This document shows, one piece after another, positions 51,101-64,000 of a stretch of 64,000 nucleotides of DNA. Under the pieces are notes generated by a model. The model was not told the origin of the DNA. It did no database searches and saw nothing but the letters and a program-made list of their open reading frames with translations. The stretch is from Vitrella brassicaformis CCMP3155. Taxonomy: Eukaryota; Protista; Chromerida. The translations under genes were made by a program, and so were the position numbers. The stretch covers positions 54,949 through 118,948 of the forward strand of contig CDMY01000328.1 in the NCBI GenBank assembly GCA_001179505.1, given 5' to 3'. How positions within the stretch are numbered: position 1 is the first letter of the stretch; each line of letters starts with the position of its first letter.

Positions 51101-53763
51101 TAGAGAGAGGGAGAAAGGGAGAGAGGGAGAAAGGGAGAGAGATCTGTGGGCGAATGTAATGTGTGTGCAGGGCTGTTTCCACATTGAGACGCTGGGCTAC
51201 GAGCGCCCCTTCTACTTCGACGCCACACACACACATACAGACAGGCAGACCGAGCCGCTCACGTACGACTACTATGGCGCCTACCCCGACTGCACCCCCA
51301 AGCACGCCACACACACATACGCCGACATGCTCAGACACGTACGACACACTGCCTCCATCCATCCATCCATCGACTGTGATTCGCTCACAAATTGCAGGAG
51401 TACTCATTCCAGTGGCCGCACACCTTCGCAACGGTCAAGAGCGAGCATGCGGCCATCAGAAACAAGGTGAGCTCGGCGCGTGCAGTCTCCCCCCTCTTTG
51501 TGTATGTCGTGTCCACTGCATGTTTGTGTGTGTGTGTGTGTGCTGGTAGGTGGGTCTGATCGACATGTCGGCCTTCGGCAAGCTGCTGGTCGAGGGAAAG
51601 GACTCCACCGCTGCCGTCAGGTATAGTAGAGACACACACGCATACGTCTCATGTGTGTTGCCGATAGATACATCCATCGCCTGCCTGTGTCTCTCTCTGT
51701 ATGTAATGTGTGTCCACCCACCGCAGCCTGCTGTCGACGGCAAACGTGGCGGGCAAAGGTGTGGGCAGCACCACCTACACCCAGATGTGCAACCAAAGGG
51801 GAGGTACCCACAACACACACACATACACACACACACACACACGCAATGAGTGAGTGCTATGCTGCATGCAAATTATGAGTGTGTGTGTGTGTGTGAACCA
51901 ACACATAGGTGTGGAGTGCGACCTGACCGTCAGCCACATCGGCGACAACAAGTACGTTTGCTACGCATGACGCACCGCGCCGCACACGACCCACCGCACA
52001 TCCCATCCCATCTGTGTCCGTGTGTGTGCACAGCTTCTACATAGCCACACCGGGCGGGTCGGCGCAGCATGACGGTATGTATGTGTGGACCTCCATGCCA
52101 TGCCTGCAGCACAGCGCCTACAACGACTATCTTGGTTGATCTGATCGGCCCATATGTGTGTCTGTATGTGTGTGCTCGCAGAGCAATGGATCAGGAAGAC
52201 CATCAGGGAAAGGGGCCTCGACTGCACTGTCACGGTCGGTACAGCCACACCCCCACGCCCACACAAACACACACACACTCGCCATGGGCCCACGTGGATC
52301 AATCAATGTGTGTATTCACTCAGCCGATAACGGACGAGCACGGCGTGCTAAGTGTGCAAGGGCCGCACAGCAGAGCCCTCATGCAGGGCCTCACCGGGCA
52401 GGACATGTCCATCGACGCTTTCCCCTTTGGCACCAACAGGATGGTCGACGTCAAAGGCAAGTAGCCACCACATGCACCCATGTGTGCATATTGGCTGGAT
52501 GGATGGATGGATGTGGGATATATGTGTGCCGACAGGTCACTCAGTGCGCGTCATCCGGCTGACCTTTGTGGGCGAGACGGGATATGAGCTGCACGTGCCC
52601 AGGGAAAGGTACGTACGTAAAGACGTGTGCCTGCCTGCCGGCACATATGCTGCACTCAGGCAGACACAGACGTGTGCCTGCCACGTCACGTGTGTGTCTG
52701 TCTCAACACATGCAGCGGTGAGGCCGTCTATGACATAGTGTGGGAGGCCGGGCAGAAATACGGCGTGCAGGTACGTGTCTGTCTGTCTGTTTGCACATGA
52801 TGTGATGACAGCACAGCAGCAGCACGTGTGTAGAGACGACCAACCACATCAATCACATCATGTGTCCATGTGTCGTGTGTGTGTGCTATCTATCAGAATG
52901 TGGGGTACTATGCTGTGGAGGGCCTGTCGATGGAGAAGGGATACAGACACTGGCACGCGTATGCACGCAACGCACACACACACACACCACACACACGGGT
53001 GCAATGCAATGCAGCCACACACATGTACCTGTGTGGATCGGATCCCTATGTATCTATGTGTCTGTCTGTTTGCACATCAATCAACCCATCACAGAGACAT
53101 CCGGCCGGACGACACACCGCTGGAGGCAGGCATGTCCTGGGTGTGCAAACTCAAGGTACGTAACNNNNNNNNNNNNNNNNNNNNNNNNNNNNNNNNNNNN
53201 NNNNNNNNNNNNNNNNNNNNNNNNNNNNNNNNNNNNNNNNNNNNNNNNNNNNNNNNNNNNNNNNNNNNNNNNNNNNNNNNNNNNNNNNNNNNNNNNNNNN
53301 NNNNNNNNNNNNNNNNNNNNNNNNNNNNNNNNNNNNNNNNNNNNNNNNNNNNNNNNNNNNNNNNNNNNNNNNNNNNNNNNNNNNNNNNNNNNNNNNNNNN
53401 NNNNNNNNNNNNNNNNNNNNNNNNNNNNNNNNNNNNNNNNNNNNNNNNNNNNNNNNNNNNNNNNCCCCCCCCCCCCCACACACACACACACAACGCCCAC
53501 ACAACACCACAATGCACAGGCATCCATCCATCCATGTATGTGCATCCGTCCGTCCACACGTGCAGACGACCCAGCCCTTCATTGGCCGGGAAGCGCTCGA
53601 GCGGCAGAAGAAAGAAGGCATACGTACGTCACACCTGACCTGCACACATACGTACGTATGTATGCCCTCCTGTCCTGTGTGTCCACCCACCTCCACCCAC
53701 CCACAGGCAAGCGACTTGTCTATGTCCATCTGCCTGAGAGCGACCCGCTCAAAGTCCGACACA

Positions 53764-53801
<38 letters not shown>

Positions 53802-54303
53802 CGCAACACGCAGTATGGGTGTGGTCACAATCTACGATCTACGCACACACAGGACCCCTCTGCGCCGGCGATCTTCGGCCTGGAGTCGCTCTACAGGGAC
53901 GGCGAATGCGTCGGCTACCTCAGGTCATGACGCCACGCCCCCACACACACCGAGATAGAGTTAGAGAGAGCACAAAACACAAGAGACTTACGTGTATTGT
54001 ATTGTATGTGGAGTGCAGGCGGGCGTGTTATGCCTATTCCCTCGGCCGTCCGCTGGGCGTGGGGTACGTCCACGCGAGCAACGGGGGAGTGGTCAGCTCT
54101 GACTGGATCAAGGACGGCAAATACGAGCTTGAAATCATGGGCAGGTGCGGAGCGGACACATAACATACACACTCGTGTCGTGTCACTGTCTGTGAGTGGG
54201 TGTGTGCGTGTGTGTGCGTGTGTTTGTCAGCATGCTGCCCGTTTCTGTGTCGACTAAGACGCCTTTCGACCCGCAGAATCTGCGTGTGAAGGGTTTCTAT
54301 TGA
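47958..54303 (+). CDS. SARDH: Sarcosine dehydrogenase (GcvT/DAO family), mitochondrial, highly intron-rich
   Basis: [19 protein letters not shown]|[92 protein letters not shown]-stop at 54303. The TTWH-x-AGL-x-W-x-LRP context fits SARDH better than DMGDH. Confidence 0.93.
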
Positions 54304-57300
54304 TGCCTGAAGGAACGTGCGGATGTGATCTGGATGGGGGGATGGATGGATGGATGGATGTGTGAAGTTGCCCACGTACGTTGATCATGCTCGGATGCGG
54401 CGGATGCGTATGCGTATCAACGACAGACATATATATCATATGCACTCACTGCGCATGTGTGTGCACGTGTGCGACGACTGACTGACATGTCCATCCATCT
54501 ATCCATCGTCGTCTCGTGTGTGTTGTATACTGTTTGATTGCAGTGGGAGTCAGTCGGTCGTCCTGTGTCTGTCTGTGTGTCTCTCTGCTGCCTGTCCTGT
54601 CCTGTCCTGTGCTGTCCTGTGATGTGTACAATTGTGTGAAGAGTACCACCTGTGGATACTACATAGCTCCCTCCACGCGCACACACGCGTCCGTGCCTGC
54701 AAGCAAGCAACGTCTCGCGTATAGAAGTACGCAACGCGTTGCAAGCTTGCAGGATGAGACGATACGGACGAGCGAGAAACGACATCGATCGGCTTGTCGA
54801 CCGGTCTGTCTGGGCTGTCTGTGTCTCCGTGTGTGTGGTGTGCGGTCGGTGTGTGTCTTTTTGTCTGGCTAACTCATTAATTCATTCATTCATCGACCCA
54901 CAGCTAGTGGTCGATATGTAGAGTCGTGTACCATATGTGATGTGATGCCTACAAGCTGCGCGCAACTTCATGGGAACCTCTCTCTTGCCACCATGCATGG
55001 CTTTGTAGGTATGTCTTCATCAGTCTGTCTCCATGTAAGCTCAAGCCTGACCAACACACTTGTAAGCAGACAGCAACTTTGACAGACATATCAACACACT
55101 TGTAAGTAGCAGCACTGCTGCAGCGAGTGCCTTGTGTTGAGCCGAAAGACACGGCACTGCCAGATGGCCACACACCGTGTCGTTGTGTGAATGCTAACAC
55201 ACTCGATCAGCGGGGCAACAAAGTCAACAGACATCTGGATATAAAATGTAAGCAGCAATCGGCCCCGATCACTGCCTGCACCCACGTAGCAGAGAGAGAC
55301 ACAGACAGAGGGATGGAGGGAGGGAGAGAGGGAGACATGAACTCCTGCGCAGCCACGCATAGCACCGAAATCAATCCGTCCAGCCACATTAGTGGGACGC
55401 ATCCAAACAAAGCAAAATGTCGAGAAATATTAGCAAGAGAACAACACAGCCAGACACCCAGATCTACAGCAAATGGCACAAGCAAATGGCACATTTCACT
55501 AAGTAAGTCGTGTCCGTGCGAAGTGAGTAAGTGAGTGCGTCGATCTGTCTGTCTCTCTACATACACACGTGAGAAGTCAGTCGGTCACAATGCAATGCAA
55601 ACCCCCTCTCCCTCCCCCCCCCCCNNNNNNNNNNNNNNNNNNNNNNNNNNNNNNNNNNNNNNNNNNNNNNNNNNNNNNNNNNNNNNNNNNNNNNNNNNNN
55701 NNNNNNNNNNNNNNNNNNNNNNNNNNNNNNNNNNNNNNNNNNNNNNNNNNNNNNNNNNNNNNNNNNNNNNNNNNNNNNNNNNNNNNNNNNNNNNNNNNNN
55801 NNNNNNNNNNNNNNNNNNNNNNNNNNNNNNNNNNNNNNNNNNNNNNNNNNNNNNNNNNNNNNNNNNNNNNNNNNNNNNNNNNNNNNNNNNNNNNNNNNNN
55901 NNNNNNNNNNNNNNNNNNNNNNNNCCCCCCCCCCCACACACACACACCACCCCATCATCCATCCATCCATCCATGCAGAGAGACGGGCGCCTTCTCTGCT
56001 CTGTTGCCTCCGTGGTAGCGGCTGACCTGCCTCCCCCATCCACCCACCTACCGCCTCACCCACCACAACCCATCACACTCACCACGTCTGTCATGCGCGG
56101 CTCCTCTCTTCGAAAGAAAACAAAACAAAACAAAACAATACAATACGGCTACCAGAGCTGCAGAAAAACACAGTCGAGAAAGAACAACCACGGCTACAAG
56201 GACCGCACGAAAGAGAAAGAAGAGGTACACTACTAGAGCGCACACAGAAAGCAAAGACGTAGAAGAAAGACGGACGGCTAAGGAAAGAAAACCAGACGCC
56301 TCCAAAACAGAGGCTTCTGGATGAAAGGAAAAAGGAAAGAAGCTACAAGAGCCGAGAGAAAGCCCACGATTGTGGGGGGGTGAGTGGATGGGAGTGATGG
56401 GAGTGGCGGTATGTACAGTGGATGAGTGTTGGAGCGACACGGAGGCGAGCTGCTCGCCTCCAGCCGCCTCGCCTGCCAGTCGCCCGCGACAGCTCCGAAG
56501 GGGATGCCGACGACGGCATCGATCCGCCGCACTGGATGCCCGACTGGCTGGTGGTGGAGGACGCCTCGGACGCCGCGGCCTGGTGTGATGGCGGGGGAGT
56601 GCCGCGAAGACCAAACAGACTGGACACGGGATCTGATCAGCAGACAAACCAATGCATTTCCCATCATGTGTGTGTGGATTTCATCCTTCCTTGGTCTGCT
56701 TACTTAGCATTTTGCTGAGCATTGCCCGCTGATGTTCCTGCTGCAACTCAGCGTTGCTGCTGCCGGGGGCGGGGATGCCGGCGATGTGTTGGGCTGCCTC
56801 TTTCGATGTGTGAATTAGATAACATCTTGAATCTGGATCTTTTTCTCGGTTTTTTCTTTTTTTTTTGTCGGACCAAGGGATCGCAATTCTGAAAAGCAGC
56901 AGAAAGGGAAGTCGACGTGCACGTGAACACCTGAACACCAGACTGAGTGAGGCCGCTACTTAACCTCCGGAAATGTGTCGAGAGAATGAGACGGGAACGA
57001 GAATAAGAAATCACCATAATTTCACCTGCACACACACACATGGCCAGGGGAGGCACCTCAGCACACCCATGGCAACGAAGTGTGTCATGCATTCAAGCCT
57101 ACATATCATCCAGACCCCACACCATGACCTTAAACACTGATACGGTACTCACCGGATGGAGGCGGTTCGTGCGAGAAGATATGAAAGGTGCGTGCGCACT
57201 CGGCAGGGGCCACGCAGTCGCCAGCCGCTCCGCAGAAGGCAAGACGCCACCAGGCAAGGCCTCGCCCCGGGGCAAGTGGCTGATGACATCCGGACGAGTT

Positions 57301-60300
57301 AGGGGTAGAGGGAGATGGGGCGGACAGCACAAGCCAACAACCAGCCGAAAAGAAAAAGAAACGGAGGATCTGTGGCCGTGAAAAGCCGAACGCGGACGAA
57401 AAATGTGAAAAATGCAAGCTACAAATGTTTGTGGAATTTTGAGGCGTCTCGTCTCGCGCGAAATCTCGGCGGGCTTTCCTGGTGAGAGCCGACAACAGAG
57501 CAGCGCTTCGGCGGCGGCAAACCGAAAGTAGCCCGAGGCGGGCCCTGACGTTGTGTGTGCATTTGGCTTCAGGAGGGGATGTTCGGATGTTCAGGGGGAT
57601 CGATTGGATGCGATATGCAGATTGAGCGAATGCACCACTCCCGCACGCACCCACGCGCGCACGCGCACATGTCTGGCTGGTGTCATGCATGCGATCCATG
57701 TATGATAGAAGAATGAATGTCATTGAGCCTGGCCATGCCATGTGGGCGTGTGTGTGTGTATGTGGAGTGGTGCGGGGGAATGCAATTCACACAGCCTGTC
57801 TGCCTGCCTGCCTGTCTGTCTGCCTGTCTCGACCGCCTCGGGACACACACTGACCTGAGCTGACCGACAAAAACGATTTATAGACGCCAAACGCATAGGC
57901 ACACATGGCGACGGAAGAGAACTCTCACTCACTACCACTCACTACCCCTCACTCACTGACAGCCAGCCACACCAAAACAATCAACGTTAGTCATTCGTTT
58001 ATAGTACTAGTTGTAAGTCGTCCCATCCAGCCAATCAATCAGGCAAGGCAGTCATTCACTCATCCACTCATTGATACACTCGACCCATAGCGATACACTC
58101 ACTCCACCCGCCCCATCCCTCCCTCCATCCAAACAATCAACCAACCAGAGAGGCCCCACCCCACCACCCCACCCACAGCCCCGCATTCAGAAAGTAGTGA
58201 GTCGGTCAGTGTCCGTCAGTGGGTGTGTGTCTCGGTTGGCATGGCCGGCCCTCCCGCATAGATAGATCAAAGTCAGCTAGGTAGGTGGGAGCCATGCAGG
58301 CAGGCAGGTTCAACTACCTGGCTCTGCTCTGCTCGCCTCGCTAGCCAGAGGACATTGACATACCATACAGACACCCTCGATCGCTTAAACACGGGACAGA
58401 CACAGACAGACAGACAGACAGCAAGATGAAGACAGACAGACAGGCAGACAGACACGGATGAACAAAGACACGACAAGAGCCCCCCCCCCCCNNNNNNNNN
58501 NNNNNNNNNNNNNNNNNNNNNNNNNNNNNNNNNNNNNNNNNNNNNNNNNNNNNNNNNNNNNNNNNNNNNNNNNNNNNNNNNNNNNNNNNNNNNNNNNNNN
58601 NNNNNNNNNNNNNNNNNNNNNNNNNNNNNNNNNNNNNNNNNNNNNNNNNNNNNNNNNNNNNNNNNNNNNNNNNNNNNNNNNNNNNNNNNNNNNNNNNNNN
58701 NNNNNNNNNNNNNNNNNNNNNNNNNNNNNNNNNNNNNNNNNNNNNNNNNNNNNNNNNNNNNNNNNNNNNNNNNNNNNNNNNNNNNNNNNNNCCCCCCCCG
58801 GTCTCTCATGGAATGGCACGAAGGGGTGCACAGGCCAAAAAAGGCCGGCAACAGCGAACGGAGCCATCAATAGACTCACTCGTACGCACAGCCGGGCAGA
58901 CAGACAGGCAGGGATACAGGCAGACAGACAGGTACAGCGTGCCTCTTTATCTGCCCGGCCCACTTACACCGCAATACATCCATCCATCCATCTCTCCCCT
59001 CTCAGCCCAGCCCAGCCCAGCCCAGCCCAGTATGGACACCACGAACAGACCAGGGCCCTGACTGACTAGCGGTACGGTACCTGCCGCCCGACCACCTGGC
59101 TGGCACGTAGTTAATACGGGCATGTATGTATTGTGGGTATGCACGGCACGGACCACCATGCCATGCCATGCAGTACGCACGCAGATGAGATGAGGAAGTG
59201 GGTAGGAGGGGAGGGCAGGGCAGAGCACACAGCTACGCAAGTGTGCATGTGGAGGTGGACGGATGGATGGTGGGGGGATGATGGGTGGATATGGGGATAG
59301 GTGTCCAGTACACATGAGCAGATAGCGGTCGGTCAACGGGCATTCAATCATCATCATCAGCAGCATCAGCCGCCTGGCCGGCCCTGTCTGCCGTCGTGTC
59401 GCGCCGAGCGATTATCGACCCAGGGCGCACTCGATCCACACGGCATGGCATGCAGGCACACATGGCAGCACGGCAGCACAGCATATCGACAAACAAAAGA
59501 CCCACCCTGCAGCCAGCACACTCTCACGCCAATGCATCCATTCAACTCACCCACCCACCCACGCCTCATCTCAACCAAAGCACAAAAGCGGTCATCCACA
59601 CAGACGCAATCATACAATCCAATCCACGCATTGCAATCACTCGAACCAAAAACGGCATAAGGGTCCAGTCAAGTCAAGTCAACAGCCTGCCCTGCCCTGC
59701 CACACAGCCAGGCCAGTAGCCCTCCTCGACTCTCCGCCCCTCAGGCACAGACATCCATCCACGTTTGGTCCTCACGAGTGAGTGCAGGCAGCACCATCAG
59801 CAGCAGCAGCCCACGAGACAGGTCGGTCCATCCATCCACGCAGCACCACATGACTGATACCTCACCTCACCGCAGCACCGCACTACGGGAAATGAACCAT
59901 CGTCGGCCGGTCGGACATGCCAGGAAAGTCACTCATTCAGCCATCCATCCATTCGATCAGTCAGGCATACATGCGAAATCACCCATGTGATGTGTGGTTT
60001 GTCTGTACGCGTGTGTAGGGGAGAGTGCGGCAGTTGAGGGCCATCTGAGAAAGAGACAGCCGCCAACCACGCCTGCCGGTAGATGTATGCAATCAAGCCA
60101 TTTCAGAACGAGAAAATGCGATGAGTGGAAATCATAGGGCATCCATCCATCCATCCGCCGGCCAGACATCCATTCGTACATCCATCCAGAATAGAGGCCA
60201 AAACTGACGCCAGGATTGCTTGATTTAGCCGAAGAGACAGACAAAAAGAGCCTACCCGCCGTCCTGTCTGTCTGTCTGTCTCCTTTTCTTTCCTTGTAGA

Positions 60301-61843
60301 CATGTGTACACACACACGTGTGTGGGCAGGCGACGAGGGAGGGCTGCAGGCAGGCAGTCTGGCATTCCTTCATTCTTTCACGCACAGCACATGCATTCTT
60401 GCATCATGTCTGACATGTCCGCCACGGGAGGGGGGAGAGGAGGGGGAAGGGGGAGGGGAAGGGGCATCAAGGCAGTAAGAGAGCCAGTCAGTAACCAGTC
60501 AGCAACCAGTCAGTCGAGTCGAGTCCACGACGCACAATCAACGAACTGAACCAGCGAGGACTATTCCCTCCTACGGTACACATCACATGCACACCTTTCG
60601 ACGTGCACGCTGAATTACAGACAGCATCAGCAGCGACACAACACAACGCAACGCAACACACCATGGCCAGCAGGAGGAGAGTGGGAGCGAGACGCGAGAA
60701 AAATTGGGTGGTGGATGTGATGGACCCGCACACACCCAATCCGATGCACCAGGCCGAGATAGAGAGCGACGAATGGCGAACAAACCAACAAAGTTACAAA
60801 CAACGCACAATAGGGTCCTATTGACTCCTACAGACAGAGAGAGAGAGAGCACCCCACTTACAAGCAACCACCCAGCTGTCTGGCCGCCTGTGTGTCGGTC
60901 GACATGCACAGACAGACACAGACAGACGCCGGCCGTGATATGAGAGAGAGAGAGAGAGAGAGAGGGGCGGAAAGCAAAAGAGAGTGTGCGGTGAGGGTTG
61001 CGGGACAGACAACGCAAGGGGTGGAGGGTCTATGTGGTGTGTGTGACACAACTATCTAGATAGACGAACACGGGGGGAGGGAGAAGATACACAATCGGAA
61101 AAACCACCCTGCCTGGACACGTGCGGAAAAATGGGTCGCTCGCTTCCTTGCTCGCCGTACACCGACCGCACTGCACACACGGGTGGGTGCGACTGTCTGG
61201 CCTCTCCTGTCTGTCTGTCTGTCAATCTATCTTGCTCTGTTGAAATAAGACACAGCTAAAAAGGCTCGCATGTCTCGCAATGGCTCGGTCGCTCGCTCTC
61301 ACAGCTCTTTGTGTGGGTGATACGATATGCCTACACATTATACGTACCGACCAATGATAGATGAATGCCCACACCACACCACACCACACCGCACCTCACG
61401 CATACACACAAGTGATATGTATATAGATCGACGCCCCCCCGCACGACAAATGAATAGCATGCAGTCAGTCATCCAACTACACTACGGACCCACACACGCA
61501 CCTCCGCTCCTCATTCATTCATGCAGGAAGTACATGACATGACACGCAGTGTAGTGTAGTGTAGAGTAGCACATATGTACACATGTGCTCATGTAATGCA
61601 GATTGTATAAACCATCACTTCACGTACACACACACACACACACACATGGCATGGACGTCGGTCAGTCAGTCAGTCAGTCACCAGGTGTCGGTTACAAAAC
61701 GATCCTACCACATCAGGCAGCGCAGCAGGCAGACAGGTCGACAGGCAGACACTCTATCCTTGCTACACATCCACTTGCGATCGGTCGGCATCCATCCATC
61801 CATCCATGCGATTGATTATGTACATTACATCATCGTCAGTCAC
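54304..61843. repeat. Gene-poor region dominated by simple repeats (CA, CCAT, ACAG, GA, CCCAG) with two gaps
   Basis: No recognisable conserved ORF; ORF-track hits here are microsatellite or N translations. Confidence 0.6.
56343..56722 (-). CDS. Putative small two-exon ORF (about 100 aa, Ser-rich) within a possible long-leader transcript
   Basis: ATG 56722 (MLSKML), GT-AG intron 56703-56633, spliced in frame into a GC3-rich exon ending at 56343. No homology recognised. Confidence 0.3.
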
Positions 61844-64000
61844 TCACTCGTCGTCGCACTCGTCCACCCGTGTCAGCACCACCGACAGCGGCCTGCTGAC
61901 TTCCATGGCCCGCTTCAGGGCGGCCGGGGACACCCTTGCTCGCCCCCGGCCGCCGGCGAATGCCACACAGGAGGTAAAGACGTCGTGTGCACTGGGCCAC
62001 TCGACGCGCCTCAGGTCCTCCTGCAGATGGGCCGTGGAGATCATCAGCTGGTCGTTTGGCTCGTGTGTGGGGCACCAGTCAGAGGTAAAGCGCTGCAGAC
62101 AGAAAGAGGGTTGTCACAGTGGGGTTGGTTGATGGTGGCTGCATTGCATTGCATGTGTGTGCGTGTGAGGATTTTCGGTTGAATGCCTACCTGTATGAGT
62201 GGCATGAGTGGGTAGAGAGGTGATGCCGCGCCCCTCTTCTTGATGGTGGCGAGGAAGTGGTCCATCGAGACCTGCTTCAGCGGCACTCCCAAGTCACCAA
62301 ACCAACGCTCTCGGTCAGAACTGATCACACAGAGACAGAACATACATACATACATGTCGCTCTCGGTGTTGCCTCTAGTGTGTGGTGTAATGTGTCCGTA
62401 CTTGGTGATGAGCTGGGGGTTGGCGAGATGGTAAACCCAATGGCTTCGGTTCTCGGTCAGACACAGCCGGGCCTGCACACACACACACACACGTGCAGAA
62501 AGCAAAACGAACGAATGCATCCATCCATCCACTCACTCAGGCACACATAACATACCCCATCTCCCTCACTCCCCGCCTCCCCTCTCACCATCATGGCAGC
62601 GATGACATCCACGGGTGTCGCCAGAGGCGCCCTCACGACGGGCGGCATCTCCCCCTCCTCGAGCATGGCCATCATCAGCGCCCCGCCCACATCCTTCTCG
62701 TCCACATAGCCCGTCATCAGGCTGGTCATGCCGCTTGGCACTCGGTAGATGGTGCACGGCAGGCCCCTTGCCCGCGCCTTCTTGAGCACCTGCTCTGTCG
62801 ACCAGTTGGTCCATGGGAGGCCGAATTGCTCCGGTGGGCAGACCTCGCGCAGCCGCTTGGTGTCGAGTGTGGTGGCCTCGCGGAGCTCCTTGCCGTGGCC
62901 CAGGACGTAGTCGGGGAAGAGGGTGAGGGACGAGACGAAGTGGAGGGGCTTGAGCTTGCTGGTGGTGCACAGCCGCACGATCTCCTTCATCGCAAAGGTG
63001 TTCTCGCGGAGGCGGTCGTAGCTCTGCATGAACGACTGGCCGTTGATGAAACCCGTGTGGAAGACCAGGTCGATCCGCTCGCACAGCTCAGCGAAGAAGT
63101 ACTCAGCCAGGTGGTTGGGCTTGAGCCCCAGGTGCCGCCGCGTCACGTGGCCAGGCACGATCATCAGCCGACTCTGGTACTCGTCCTTCCAGATGCCCGC
63201 CTCCTGGCAAGCCTCACGCACCTGCCGCAGCCCCTCGTCCTCGCTGTTGGCCTGCACTAGGCAGTGCACCGTCAGCCGCTCCTTGGTCTGCAGCAGCGCC
63301 ACCGTCACGAACCGGCCCACTGCTGATGTGGCGTCCGTCACGAGCACGTGTCTGCTCTTGCGTGGTGGCTGTGGGGCGGGGAGAGAGGCGACGTCGAACT
63401 TGAAGCTCTTGGCGACCTTGTGGACGTCCGTCTCGGGGTCCCTCTTTTTGCTGCCGTCGTCCGTCGCGCTGACGCCGCTGCTGTCGGGGTAGGTGGCGCC
63501 GTCCCTGTGCCCCGAGAAGGGGGCGATGGGCTCCATCATTCCCTCCTGCTCACGCTTGCCCACCAGCTGGCCAGCCAGAGCGTCCAGCGAGGGGTTGTCG
63601 AACATAGACGAGGGCGGCAGGTCGATGCCCGTCATCCGCCGCACATGCTCCCGGAACTCGGTCATGCCGATCGAGTCGAGACCCAGGTCGAGCAGTGTGC
63701 AGGAGGGCGACGGCCGCTCCTCCCCACCCACCACCGAATGAGCGACGGACACCAGCGCGTCGGCCAGGGCAGTCTTGCCGGTATGGTTGGTGAATGACGG
63801 TCGGAACGAGTCGGTGGACGAGGTGGGCTGCACGGAGGACGGACAATGGGTGGAGAGGAAGCTGGAGGGAGTGAGGGTGGAGAGGGACCGCGCCGAGGCG
63901 TCCGTGAAGACCGACGGGGAGGACGCGTTGCGGGGCGCGTACTTGGCGCTCTTGACGGTGTCTGCTGGTGCTGCTGCCGTGCAGAGGTCTTCGCACCACA
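61844..64000 (-). CDS. 3' part of a type I PKS/NRPS-like megasynthase: acyl carrier domain plus terminal thioester-reductase-like (R) domain; open to the window edge
   Basis: LLDLGLDSIG (phosphopantetheine Ser), FDNPSLDALA. R-domain landmarks HVLVT, VHCLV, LGL, IDLVFH, KPLHFVSS, RARGLPCTIYR. Two further exons end DECDDE-stop at 61844. Confidence 0.88.

Noticed and set aside
1-64000. Hundreds of short ORFs rich in [16 protein letters not shown] or X
   Set aside because: Translations of intronic microsatellites, antisense shadows of GC-rich exons, or N gaps.
1-64000. tRNA, rRNA, snRNA or spliced-leader genes
   Set aside because: No cloverleaf, rRNA-like or dinoflagellate SL sequence recognised by eye; a tRNAscan-SE/Infernal run would be needed to exclude them.

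Overview
Eukaryotic nuclear DNA: GC-rich exons, many short GT-AG introns packed with (CA)/(TG), (GA), (ACAG), (CCAT) microsatellites, and six 300-N scaffold gaps. A nucleus-encoded cytochrome b6f Rieske protein with a signal-plus-transit presequence indicates a photosynthetic protist with a complex plastid. The style is most consistent with the chromerid Vitrella brassicaformis (inference, not verified). About 22 protein-coding loci can be assembled by hand. Recognisable ones: PurH/ATIC, IRAK/Pelle-like kinase with FHA domain, HCN-like channel, RBR-like RING protein, MhpD-like hydratase, PEX2, DUF218/YdcF, tandem GST-N protein, COQ3, PetC, RlmH, sarcosine dehydrogenase, and the 3' end of a PKS/NRPS-type megasynthase. 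There is also a 5'-truncated RLE-type non-LTR retrotransposon, a probable pseudogene and a 7.5-kb gene-poor stretch. The most notable observation is a recurrent, strand-oriented upstream motif (sense AGCTYGCA; exact 11-mer CTAAGCTCGCA three times) within about 25-300 bp of many start codons. Several proteins also appear to have lost their catalytic or ligand-binding residues (terminal reductase, RBR Rcat, LOV-like PAS, CNBD). Exon boundaries were inferred manually and gene spans include introns.
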